The notes beneath the pieces were generated by a model. The model made no database searches. It was not told where the DNA came from and was given only the letters and a program-made list of their open reading frames with translations. From an uncultured Thermococci archaeon (GTDB lineage Archaea > Methanobacteriota_B > Thermococci > Thermococcales > Thermococcaceae), in the NCBI GenBank assembly GCA_964615185.1, contig CAZTOS010000066.1:1-12231 (forward strand): a stretch of DNA of 12,231 bases, written 5' to 3'. The position numbers were made by a program, and so were the translations under genes. Shown here one piece after another: positions 1-7,782 of the stretch (position 1 is the stretch's first letter; every line of letters starts with the position of its first letter).

Positions 1-16
1 GTGCTGGTTAAAACTA

Positions 17-68
17 TTCGCTAAGTCTTAGCTAACTTTTAGCTAATTTTTAGCTAAATCTTAGCTGA
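17..68. repeat. Five phased copies of the palindromic octamer TTAGCTAA at an exact 11-bp period
   Basis: TTCGCTAA at 17-24, TTAGCTAA at 28-35, 39-46 and 50-57, TTAGCTGA at 61-68. Confidence 0.92.
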
Positions 69-74
69 TACGGA

Positions 75-82
75 CTTAAATG
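75..82 (+). promoter_or_regulatory. Possible TATA box for the membrane-protein operon
   Basis: CTTAAATG lies just after the repeat array and about 45 nt before the ATG at 128. The match is weak and there is no clear BRE. Confidence 0.3.
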
Positions 83-127
83 AGTTATGCAAACTTTTCT
101 CAGTAGATTTCCAGTGGAGGGGATAGT

Positions 128-262
128 ATGGAGAAGCTTGATGTGTTTTCTCTTCAGAGGAAGCTTGAGCATGTGCAGAGAAGAATCCTGGAGCTGAAGA
201 GAGAGGAAGCAAGATTGGTCAGGCTTTTGAAGCAACAACAGAAGAGGGTGAGGGTTGCATGA
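128..262 (+). CDS. Small basic coiled-coil protein, 44 aa (not in the ORF track)
   Basis: RBS GGAGGG at 116-121, ATG at 128. Translates to MEKLDVFSLQRKLEHVQRRILELKREEARLVRLLKQQQKRVRVA. The stop overlaps the next start as ATGA (259-262). Confidence 0.8.
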   Translation: MEKLDVFSLQRKLEHVQRRILELKREEARLVRLLKQQQKRVRVA

Positions 263-618
263 AGGGCAAGGGTATTGTTCAGCTGATTCTCTTTGTTCTG
301 ATAGTGGCTTTCTTTGGTTATGTTGCTTGGGACAGCATAACGAAAGAAGCAGCATTTTTTGGGACTATCGGTGGGCTTATCATGCATTGGGCTTTGACAA
401 ATAAGGGGAATAAGAATGTGATTTACTTCAAGCCGCTCACGGCTGGCTGGAGAGTGCTGATTTACGATATACTGTTACTAACATGGCTCATTGCACTCTT
501 TCAGCAGGCTGGAGACATTAGTGCTTTTCTAAGCTCCTTGATGGCTTTGAATGAGAAAACTGCTTTGATTGCCGCTCTTGTTGGTGGGATTGTAACTGAT
601 TACAGCATAGGGGGGTGA
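259..618 (+). CDS. Hypothetical integral membrane protein, 119 aa, about 3-4 TM helices
   Basis: Hydrophobic segments throughout, GGTGAGG RBS upstream, ATGA coupling to the 44-aa ORF. Confidence 0.85.
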   Translation: MKGKGIVQLILFVLIVAFFGYVAWDSITKEAAFFGTIGGLIMHWALTNKGNKNVIYFKPLTAGWRVLIYDILLLTWLIALFQQAGDISAFLSSLMALNEKTALIAALVGGIVTDYSIGG

Positions 619-622
619 GGAA

Positions 623-2497
623 ATGAAAAGGGCTTTAGGTGTTATTTTGGGTTTGTTAGTGCTTTTTGGTTTGGCGTTTGAAGCAAAGACAGTAATAGCA
701 GTAAATGGGGACGGCATGGGTTTTGATTTTAGAGAAACAAGCGATACCAGTGCCATTCACGTTGGAATGATTGTAAAGGAAGGAGGAGGGATTTCAGTTG
801 GGTATGATACGGATAAATCAGCGGCTTTCATTAAAGTCTATGATAGTAACAGCGTTGCTATTGATCCGTCCTCGGGTTCTGGTTACGTGGATTGGACATT
901 AAACAATACGGAGGAGGTTAAAGCGAAGTTCATGGTTTCTGGAGGTTCGCCGGGTTCAAGAAAGTTCCATGTGGTTGGCTTTTGGGTTTTGCTTGATGAT
1001 GGAAGGAAGTTCGTTATTGAATTTACTGATTATGGAACATTAAGCATTCATGGGCTTTCAGCGGATCAGATTGTCTCTTATTCGTTCTTTAACATTACAA
1101 GAGGCGTATGGGTTGAGAGGACGTTTAACCTGAGGGAATTACTTGAGAATAAGGGCGTTGAGCTTGGAAGTGCGAAAATCAAAGCTGTTAGAATGGTTGG
1201 TGGTGCAAAAGCTGACGATAGCACTGAATACATTTATTTCCAATACCTGTTACCAGCTACTTATAATGTTCAATTCTCACTAAAAGACGCCCTGAGCGGT
1301 CAGCCTCTCACGGGCGTAACGGTCAAGGACACGGATGGCACTTTTTTAGGCACTATTGACGATGGAGAAAGCTTAGAACTCACTAAGGGCACTCATACTT
1401 TAACTTTCGAAAAGCAGGGCTATTGGAGCACTTCAATCACAATTGACGTTCAGGGTGACATGAATGTTAGTGTTGAGCTTTATCCTGATTCTGCTGCTTT
1501 CATGTTCAAGAACTTCCCAAGCTCGATTGAAGTTTATGAAAACTCTATTTATGAGCTAACGTTCACACTAAGTCCAATTTCAACCCAAGCAACTTACAAC
1601 ACCTACCTGAGCCTTTCAGGGCTTACAGATGTCATAGAAGTAAGGAAAGATGGACAGCTTGTTTCTCCCGAATCAGGAAAATACTATTTAGGGGACATTT
1701 CCGCAGACACTCAAATCACGATCAAATTTAAGGTCACAACAGTTGGAACCAAAGCATTCTCGATAATTCTGACCTCAAATGATGCCATAATGAGTAAGAC
1801 GTACACCACAAGCAAACAAGTGACTTATGAGGTTGTTCCCCTACCATTCAGCATTCAGCTTCCAGACTGGACAGTTGGTGAAAACTCCCTTAGAATTGCA
1901 GAGAGTAGCGGCCAAGACATGGTATTAACCCTTAGCCTCAAAGATTCTGAAGGAAACGAAGTCTGGAGTGATTCCTACAGCTTTGGGCCCTATGAGTCTC
2001 ACGAGTTTACAGTGGGCATTCCAAAGGAAGGCGTTTACACTCTTGAGATTCAGTTCTCTGGAACTACGGCAATTTTTGATATTAACGTTAATCCTCCAAT
2101 TCAATTACTCACAGATAGCATTACAGTTGGGAAAGGTGACGTTGGAGCAATTCAGCTTCTTGTTAAGAATCCTTCAAGCCTCACAAAATATTACGAGGTT
2201 GTTTTAACTGGTGGATTCATTGAGGGAAACATTACAAAGGCAATTGCAGTTGCTCCAGCAAGTGAGAAGACCGTTGAAATAGCTTTTCAGGTTCCAAAGA
2301 ACCTCACTTTTGATGCCTATGATTTAACTGTTGAGGTTTATGAAGGTGATGACTTGATTTACAAAGACATTGTGCATGCTGTAATTGACAATTCTGGCTT
2401 CAGTTTGCCAATAGGCTCTGGAGGCTCAACGCTTTCATTAGCTCTTGGTGCCTTAGTCCTAATTGGTGGAATCATCTATGTTCTAAGAAGGAGGTGA
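623..2497 (+). CDS. Large surface protein, 624 aa: signal peptide, N-terminal beta domain, PEGA/carboxypeptidase-regulatory-like domain, Ig-like domains, C-terminal TM anchor (t26-5p-like)
   Basis: N-terminal MKR plus hydrophobic stretch; 'LKDALSGQPLTGVTV...GTHTLTFEKQGYW' PEGA-like signature; beta-rich remainder; C-terminal TM followed by RRR; GGGGGTGA RBS. Confidence 0.85.
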   Translation: MKRALGVILGLLVLFGLAFEAKTVIAVNGDGMGFDFRETSDTSAIHVGMIVKEGGGISVGYDTDKSAAFIKVYDSNSVAIDPSSGSGYVDWTLNNTEEVKAKFMVSGGSPGSRKFHVVGFWVLLDDGRKFVIEFTDYGTLSIHGLSADQIVSYSFFNITRGVWVERTFNLRELLENKGVELGSAKIKAVRMVGGAKADDSTEYIYFQYLLPATYNVQFSLKDALSGQPLTGVTVKDTDGTFLGTIDDGESLELTKGTHTLTFEKQGYWSTSITIDVQGDMNVSVELYPDSAAFMFKNFPSSIEVYENSIYELTFTLSPISTQATYNTYLSLSGLTDVIEVRKDGQLVSPESGKYYLGDISADTQITIKFKVTTVGTKAFSIILTSNDAIMSKTYTTSKQVTYEVVPLPFSIQLPDWTVGENSLRIAESSGQDMVLTLSLKDSEGNEVWSDSYSFGPYESHEFTVGIPKEGVYTLEIQFSGTTAIFDINVNPPIQLLTDSITVGKGDVGAIQLLVKNPSSLTKYYEVVLTGGFIEGNITKAIAVAPASEKTVEIAFQVPKNLTFDAYDLTVEVYEGDDLIYKDIVHAVIDNSGFSLPIGSGGSTLSLALGALVLIGGIIYVLRRR

Positions 2498-2501
2498 AAG
2501 A

Positions 2502-4634
2502 GTGAAGAAAGTTATTGCTTTTGCTTTCATCTTTATGCTTTTCTTTGCTCCAACGGCAACGGCATTCAGCTTTGGCGACATTACAAAGAAAGCATCATCA
2601 ACATTTGAGAAAATTAAGGATGCCGTAAAAGGAGCTGGTGCTGGAGCCGTTATTGGGGGTGCTGTTGGGGCTATAAGTGGTTTTATAGTTGGAGGCCCTC
2701 CAGGAGCACTTGCTGGAGCAAAGCTTGGAGCTGCAGTTGGTGCGATAGTTGGAGGTTCAATTGGAGCAATATTTGGAGGTGATGAAGATAATACCATTTC
2801 TGGCTCATTTAAGGCTGAGCGTTATGCAAATCAGACAACCCTCACAACTGATGAGGATTTGCTTGAGAACAAGCAAATTGTTCAAGAAGCAAATCAACAG
2901 GCTTATCAAAAGATTGCTGAGCTGAATGCAAAGCTGAGAAGCGATCTAACTGCTTATGACATTACAGAGACTGGAGCGACTGGTGATTTATGGGCCAAGG
3001 TTTTTGGTCCCGAAAAGATTTATGGATTTTCAGCATTTCCAGTGCAGATTAAAGTTTTCACAAAAGAAAGCCCAATCCCATTTTCGGTTGTCCATATAAG
3101 ATCCGTTAAGGTTTATCTGAAAGATGAGGATGGCAACATTTTCTGGACAAGAACATGGGATTATGGAACAGGATCAGAAGGCTTGAATGGGGAATCAGCA
3201 GTTTATTCAACAATTTTGAAAGTTCCGGATCCCTTTGTTTACCAAGTCGAAAATGCCATCAACACAGGAGCAATCTCGAAGAGCCTGATCGAGAGCATTT
3301 TCAATGCGAGCACAAAGGCTTGGGAAATCCATGTTGATATTGATGCTTATAGAGAAATGTATCAGAGCACTCCAGCCTCAAGCGCCGATGATTGCCAAGC
3401 CCAAGGAGGCAAGTGGGACTCTCAAACAAATACTTGTTATGTCTTTGTCAAAAATGTTGAGATAGACTATCATGTTGAGACCACAAGCGCCTGGAGGCAC
3501 GTGACGAGGGCAAAGGACGTTGCCCTCCTGGATGAGGGCATGTATGCAAGTTTGCCAATTAAGTTCCTCCAGACAGATGAAGCCAGCAAATGGGCCCTTT
3601 ATCAGGAGAAGTTTGCTGGAGCCCTCTCAAACTTCATAATCCTTACCTATGCAACTCCAGTGCACGTAATGGGCTCAACAGCGGATTATAAATTCTTCAT
3701 TGCTCCAAATCCAGGATACTTTGATCCTTTGAATGTCGCATTCAGTGACGATTTCAGATTTGCATCAGTGAGAGTTTACAAGGACGGGCATTGGGAGCTG
3801 GCTGACAGTATAAGGGGAGATTTGGGAACGTTATCCGACGACTCAAGTGTTGATAAAGCCCTTAATGTTAGATATACAAGTGGAGATGATGTTCTAACTT
3901 ACAGGAGCTTTGGACTTGTGTTGTTCACCATAACCAGAGATGATGGGCAACAGATTAAGGTTTGGCTTGTTACAGAGCCTGATGTTTCAGTCTTGCAAAA
4001 TACGAGAGTTGTTTTAGATGATAATCAAGTTGAAATGCTTGCTCAAGTTGCAAGCGATAACCAGATTTCTGAAGATGAAAGAGAGAAGATAATCCAAACT
4101 GCAAACACTCTTATTAGCGGGCTTAGGGAGAAGATTGATCAAGCTGAGCAGTTAAAGACTAAGGCAGAAAATATGGGCAATTCTCAAGCAAAAGACTATG
4201 CAGAAAAGGCAATTTGGGCTTATAACGAGGCAATTAAGGCTTTAGAGAAAGCTAAGGATACGGACGATTCTCAAATGTTCCTTAATTGGTTAAATGTTGC
4301 AAAGAAGTTTGAGCAGGCCGGTGATTTCTACACTAATGCAGCTGACAAGGCCCTCTATAATGAAATTGAACAGGCTGAATTGGATGCCAAAGCAGCAGAG
4401 GATCTCGTGAATCTTGCAAATGAGTATAAGCCCGGCTTCAGCATTAGCAACTTACTAAATGGTAACATTGACAAGGAAACGCTTGTCATTATCATAGTCG
4501 GCTTAGTTGCTGCTTTTGTAGTGAGAATGATTGCAGGGAATGCTGCAGCTGCTGTTGTAATCATCTTGTTAGTGCTTTACTTGTTTGGTTCGGCTTATTT
4601 GAGCCAGATTTTGGATAAATTAAAGTTCTGGTAA
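2502..4634 (+). CDS. Large membrane-anchored protein, 710 aa: signal peptide, glycine-zipper hairpin, beta-rich domains, helical bundle, two C-terminal TM helices (t26-6p-like)
   Basis: GTG start after GGAGGTGA; Gly/Ala-rich hydrophobic aa 44-93; Ala/Glu/Lys-rich helical region near the C-terminus; two terminal hydrophobic helices. Confidence 0.85.
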   Translation: MKKVIAFAFIFMLFFAPTATAFSFGDITKKASSTFEKIKDAVKGAGAGAVIGGAVGAISGFIVGGPPGALAGAKLGAAVGAIVGGSIGAIFGGDEDNTISGSFKAERYANQTTLTTDEDLLENKQIVQEANQQAYQKIAELNAKLRSDLTAYDITETGATGDLWAKVFGPEKIYGFSAFPVQIKVFTKESPIPFSVVHIRSVKVYLKDEDGNIFWTRTWDYGTGSEGLNGESAVYSTILKVPDPFVYQVENAINTGAISKSLIESIFNASTKAWEIHVDIDAYREMYQSTPASSADDCQAQGGKWDSQTNTCYVFVKNVEIDYHVETTSAWRHVTRAKDVALLDEGMYASLPIKFLQTDEASKWALYQEKFAGALSNFIILTYATPVHVMGSTADYKFFIAPNPGYFDPLNVAFSDDFRFASVRVYKDGHWELADSIRGDLGTLSDDSSVDKALNVRYTSGDDVLTYRSFGLVLFTITRDDGQQIKVWLVTEPDVSVLQNTRVVLDDNQVEMLAQVASDNQISEDEREKIIQTANTLISGLREKIDQAEQLKTKAENMGNSQAKDYAEKAIWAYNEAIKALEKAKDTDDSQMFLNWLNVAKKFEQAGDFYTNAADKALYNEIEQAELDAKAAEDLVNLANEYKPGFSISNLLNGNIDKETLVIIIVGLVAAFVVRMIAGNAAAAVVIILLVLYLFGSAYLSQILDKLKFW

Positions 4635-4647
4635 GGAGGTGGTAGGA

Positions 4648-5178
4648 TTGGGTGATAAGAAGGAGGAGAAAAAGCCAAGTTTTGGAGAAAAGGCAGGGAA
4701 CTACTTCCTTAACAAAATTGGCTTGAGGTTGATAATAACAGCAATTATGTCGCTTATTGCATGGTATGCTTCAAGTAAAAACGTAACAATAGCCCAATTC
4801 AACGCTGCCTACGCTTCAATTCCCTTTTCAGTTATTCTCCTTGCAATGGTCTTCGACTATGGATTAGACACAGGCAAACTCTACAACAGAATGCTCGGTA
4901 GAGGCAAAAATCCACTTTCAAAGCTTGCTTTTGCTATTGGATCGGTGACAGTGTTCTTCTTGCTCTTCACGTGGCTTGTAGCTGGAACTGTAACTTTGAA
5001 CCTTTCTTTACTCCAGCCAGAAAACATTGTTGCAGCTGGCATTGTTGCGTTGGTAGTGCTTATACCAAACACTGGTACAAGTGAATGGCTATTCTGGCTT
5101 TGGATTGCGACCCAAATTGCCACGGGTGGATCTTACCTAGTCATTTTACCAGCAGCCATTGGAGGTGTCCTAATATGA
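4648..5178 (+). CDS. Multi-pass membrane protein, paralog A (about 176 aa)
   Basis: The track's GTG at 4639 lies inside the RBS GGAGGTGG (4635-4642); the in-frame TTG at 4648 is properly spaced. About five hydrophobic segments. Confidence 0.82.
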   Translation: MGDKKEEKKPSFGEKAGNYFLNKIGLRLIITAIMSLIAWYASSKNVTIAQFNAAYASIPFSVILLAMVFDYGLDTGKLYNRMLGRGKNPLSKLAFAIGSVTVFFLLFTWLVAGTVTLNLSLLQPENIVAAGIVALVVLIPNTGTSEWLFWLWIATQIATGGSYLVILPAAIGGVLI

Positions 5179-5693
5179 AGCCAATGGAACACTTAAAGCA
5201 GACCAATTATTGGATAAAGATTTTTGCAGTTGCATTAGTTGGAGGATTTCTGCTGAAATGGGCTGTAGGGCAAAACACTACTATAAACGAGTATCTTGAG
5301 ACCATTGCAAAAACAAACATTGCAGTTATTTTAGGCATTGAGCTCTTTGACAAAGTTGCAGACAGACTTGATTATACCTCATGGGCTAATGCAATTTATC
5401 AAAAAGTCGGAGGAAAGGGAGATACCAGTTGGCTTGGCGGTCTCTTACTCGGAGGAATAGCATTCTTTGCAGTCCTCTTCGTAATGGCCGGAACGATAAG
5501 TCTTACAGTTTCAACATATACTCCAGGAGTTCTCTTAGCAGCAATGACTTATGCTCTCTACATCGTGGCACCAGAGACAGGAAATGCCGAATTGATACTA
5601 ATCCTCTGGCTTATTGCCCAAGTTGCTACTGGTGGAGCATACCTCAAAGATGCCATCAACGTGCTTACGTTATTCAAAACGTTCAGCAGGTGA
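5175..5693 (+). CDS. Multi-pass membrane protein, paralog B (172 aa)
   Basis: Start revised to ATG 5175 (RBS GGAGGTG at 5161-5167, ATGA overlap with the previous stop). Shares C-terminal motifs with the upstream gene. Confidence 0.85.
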   Translation: MKPMEHLKQTNYWIKIFAVALVGGFLLKWAVGQNTTINEYLETIAKTNIAVILGIELFDKVADRLDYTSWANAIYQKVGGKGDTSWLGGLLLGGIAFFAVLFVMAGTISLTVSTYTPGVLLAAMTYALYIVAPETGNAELILILWLIAQVATGGAYLKDAINVLTLFKTFSR

Positions 5694-5699
5694 TCAACA

Positions 5700-6041
5700 A
5701 TGCTCGGCAGGGTTGCAGCAGCTCTCGTTGTTTACATTCTTTGCGTTTTCCATTGGCAGGACAGTATGACTGCAATAGGTCAGTTTTTGGGTTTGAGTGG
5801 CTTTTGGGCTTTATTCGTCCCCTCAGCCCTCATAGGGCTGTCAGTTTACAGGATAGCAGATTTGGACAATTGGGGAGTTTGGGATGCCGCAGCAATGCTC
5901 ACAATCGGGAGCTTTGCCATGTTGGCAATAACAAACAATCCTCAAGCAACAGTGTTTGAGCTCGTGAAAGGTGTTGTCAGCTTTTCAGTTGCGGCAATTC
6001 TCGCAGCCTTAACACTAAAGAGAGGTGGTTCAAGTGGTTGA
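5700..6041 (+). CDS. Hypothetical membrane protein, 113 aa, about 4 TM helices
   Basis: AGGTGA RBS overlapping the previous stop; almost entirely hydrophobic. Confidence 0.82.
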   Translation: MLGRVAAALVVYILCVFHWQDSMTAIGQFLGLSGFWALFVPSALIGLSVYRIADLDNWGVWDAAAMLTIGSFAMLAITNNPQATVFELVKGVVSFSVAAILAALTLKRGGSSG

Positions 6042-6279
6042 TGTTAATGGAGCAATTGACGCCTTTAAAGGAGTTGCAACAAGCCATCCCTACCTTGCCC
6101 TTGCAATCCTGCTCTTCATCATTGGAGCATTAATCAGAGGAAAAGCAAGCTTAGTGTTTTACATCCTTGGAGGTTTGGCGCTCTTGAAAGAGTTTTCGTT
6201 ATTTGATGTGCTTGTTAGCTTCCTCAAAGAAGTTCCAAACTATGTTCAAACCCTATTAAGCGTATTTGGAGGTGGATGA
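6034..6279 (+). CDS. Small hydrophobic helical-hairpin membrane protein, 81 aa
   Basis: The track's GTG at 6025 is within the RBS GAGGTGG; in-frame GTG at 6034 preferred. Two hydrophobic helices split by 'RGK', then an amphipathic tail. Confidence 0.8.
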   Translation: MVDVNGAIDAFKGVATSHPYLALAILLFIIGALIRGKASLVFYILGGLALLKEFSLFDVLVSFLKEVPNYVQTLLSVFGGG

Positions 6280-6282
6280 AGA

Positions 6283-7086
6283 ATGAGAAAGAAGGAAAGA
6301 CAGTTAATAACGGTTGGTTTGGTTATTTTATTTGCGGCCATTGCGTATTGGGCCTATGCTAAGCCAAATATTGGCTTCATTGACTTAAGCGATTGGCTTA
6401 ACAAGAACGAGACAAACGACAACACAACTTATCAGCTCGCCATTGAGAACCTACAAGCTGCAGTTCTTGAAAGCGGGCATGTTGAAGTTACCTTCACCTT
6501 ATCAAACGTTGAGCACTTCAACATTAGTGAGGTAAAAGTTCTCTATGCACTCAACATTGCAAACATTGAGAACGCAACATTCACTGAATTGAGTACAACA
6601 GTCGAGAACGGGACCTACAAGGCCGAAATTCCAAGCAGCTTCGGTGATGTGGTTTACTACAAGGTCAAAGTGCTTTATGACGTGAATAAGACCCTTGAGA
6701 GTGAAGTTAAGAGCCTGACAGTTTCAGACACAGTAGCTCCAACGGTCTCTAACATAACTGTTTCATATAACAGCACTACCGGTAACGCCACATTCACAAT
6801 CAACGCCAGCGATAACGACGCAATTGATCACATCGTCTTGTTCTATGCAATCACCGCAGACGGCAACCTAACCAACGTGACCTTCAGCAATGTTACCCTC
6901 ACCACAAGCCCATACGAGATTACTTTGACAATTGACGAGAACGTTACAGATACTACGTACTACTACGTTGACTTCTACATTGAAGCTTATGACCTGAGCG
7001 GCAATTCAGTAAGATTGCCAGCCAACGACACGTTTGAATTCTACGCCAACAAGACTGCAAGCTTAGTATTCCCACAGACCGGTTGA
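6283..7086 (+). CDS. N-terminally anchored surface glycoprotein with two Ig-like domains, 267 aa
   Basis: N-terminal basic residues plus TM; 'DTVAPTV' and 'AYDLSGN' Ig-like motifs; 16 N-X-S/T sequons by hand count; GGAGGTGG RBS. Confidence 0.85.
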   Translation: MRKKERQLITVGLVILFAAIAYWAYAKPNIGFIDLSDWLNKNETNDNTTYQLAIENLQAAVLESGHVEVTFTLSNVEHFNISEVKVLYALNIANIENATFTELSTTVENGTYKAEIPSSFGDVVYYKVKVLYDVNKTLESEVKSLTVSDTVAPTVSNITVSYNSTTGNATFTINASDNDAIDHIVLFYAITADGNLTNVTFSNVTLTTSPYEITLTIDENVTDTTYYYVDFYIEAYDLSGNSVRLPANDTFEFYANKTASLVFPQTG

Positions 7087-7129
7087 GGAGGGCTGAGTTT
7101 TGAAGCCCTCCCACTCTAATCCTTCTTTT
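7087..7129 (+). terminator. Hairpin followed by a pyrimidine tract; possible attenuator or terminator, or an RBS-sequestering structure
   Basis: GGAGGGCT (7087-7094) pairs with AGCCCTCC (7104-7111) around a 9-nt loop, followed by CTCTAATCCTTCTTTT. Confidence 0.55.
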
Positions 7130-7579
7130 GGACGGGTGATAGCAAAGATTTTCGCCATAGCTAGCTTAATTTTTTTGCTTTACTTCGCTCATTCGACATT
7201 CGCCGAGAACGAGCTTCAAAAGAGGCTCTATGAGCTCGGTTATCCAACTGAAGGCTTCATACTTGTGAACAACACAATGAAGTTTGCAGATGGGCACATT
7301 GTGCGCTTTGAAGGAAACTATGTTGAGACTTACCCAATAACAGCCCAAGAAGCCTTGAACAGGTTGAACAATTATCTTGCAGAGTATAATCTCAAGCTCA
7401 AGAAGTATGACATGAAAATTGAGCCCGAAATCGAGAGTATGGATGAAAAAGAAGAAAATGGCAAGCTGTATTGGGTTTTTGAGCTCTACATCAAGAAAGG
7501 CTCCTCGAAATTCTTTGCGGGTTTGGCTTATGTGGAGCGTAAGGAGGGCTTGATCAAGATTAGGGGATTGCTGGATTGA
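7100..7579 (+). CDS. Membrane-anchored protein with a PepSY-like C-terminal domain, 159 aa (alternative start GTG 7136)
   Basis: N-terminal TM. 'PITAQEALNRLNNYL...LYWVFEL...AYVERKEGLI' resembles the PepSY helix-plus-strands pattern. Confidence 0.75.
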   Translation: MKPSHSNPSFGRVIAKIFAIASLIFLLYFAHSTFAENELQKRLYELGYPTEGFILVNNTMKFADGHIVRFEGNYVETYPITAQEALNRLNNYLAEYNLKLKKYDMKIEPEIESMDEKEENGKLYWVFELYIKKGSSKFFAGLAYVERKEGLIKIRGLLD

Positions 7580-7589
7580 GGTGAGGAGA

Positions 7590-7778
7590 ATGAGTATTTT
7601 GAAGAATGCGGCTAAGATTTTTGTAATCGTGACAATTGCATATTTCTTACTTGCAAAATTCCTCGTAATAGGCTTCATTGGTGACATCATAGACCTTATG
7701 GTTGCAATGGTAATTGGTGGAGCTTCTGCAGTAGTTTACATCATCTTGGCTGGAATTGCAAAATTGTTCCGGAGGTGA
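7590..7778 (+). CDS. Small two-TM membrane protein, 62 aa
   Basis: RBS GAGGTGAGG at 7578-7586 favours ATG 7590; two hydrophobic helices with basic termini. Confidence 0.8.
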   Translation: MSILKNAAKIFVIVTIAYFLLAKFLVIGFIGDIIDLMVAMVIGGASAVVYIILAGIAKLFRR

Positions 7779-7782
7779 GAAA

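Noticed and set aside
17..68. CRISPR array
   Set aside because: Units are 8 bp with 3-nt spacers, far too short, and there are no cas genes in the window.
4431..4439. PGF tripeptide before the C-terminal TMs of the 710-aa protein as an archaeosortase PGF-CTERM signal
   Set aside because: It is about 14 residues from the TM and is followed by two helices, which is not the canonical motif-TM-basic tail layout.
7069..7086. C-terminal FPQTG resembling an LPXTG sortase signal
   Set aside because: No TM helix or basic tail follows, and the protein is already anchored at its N-terminus.
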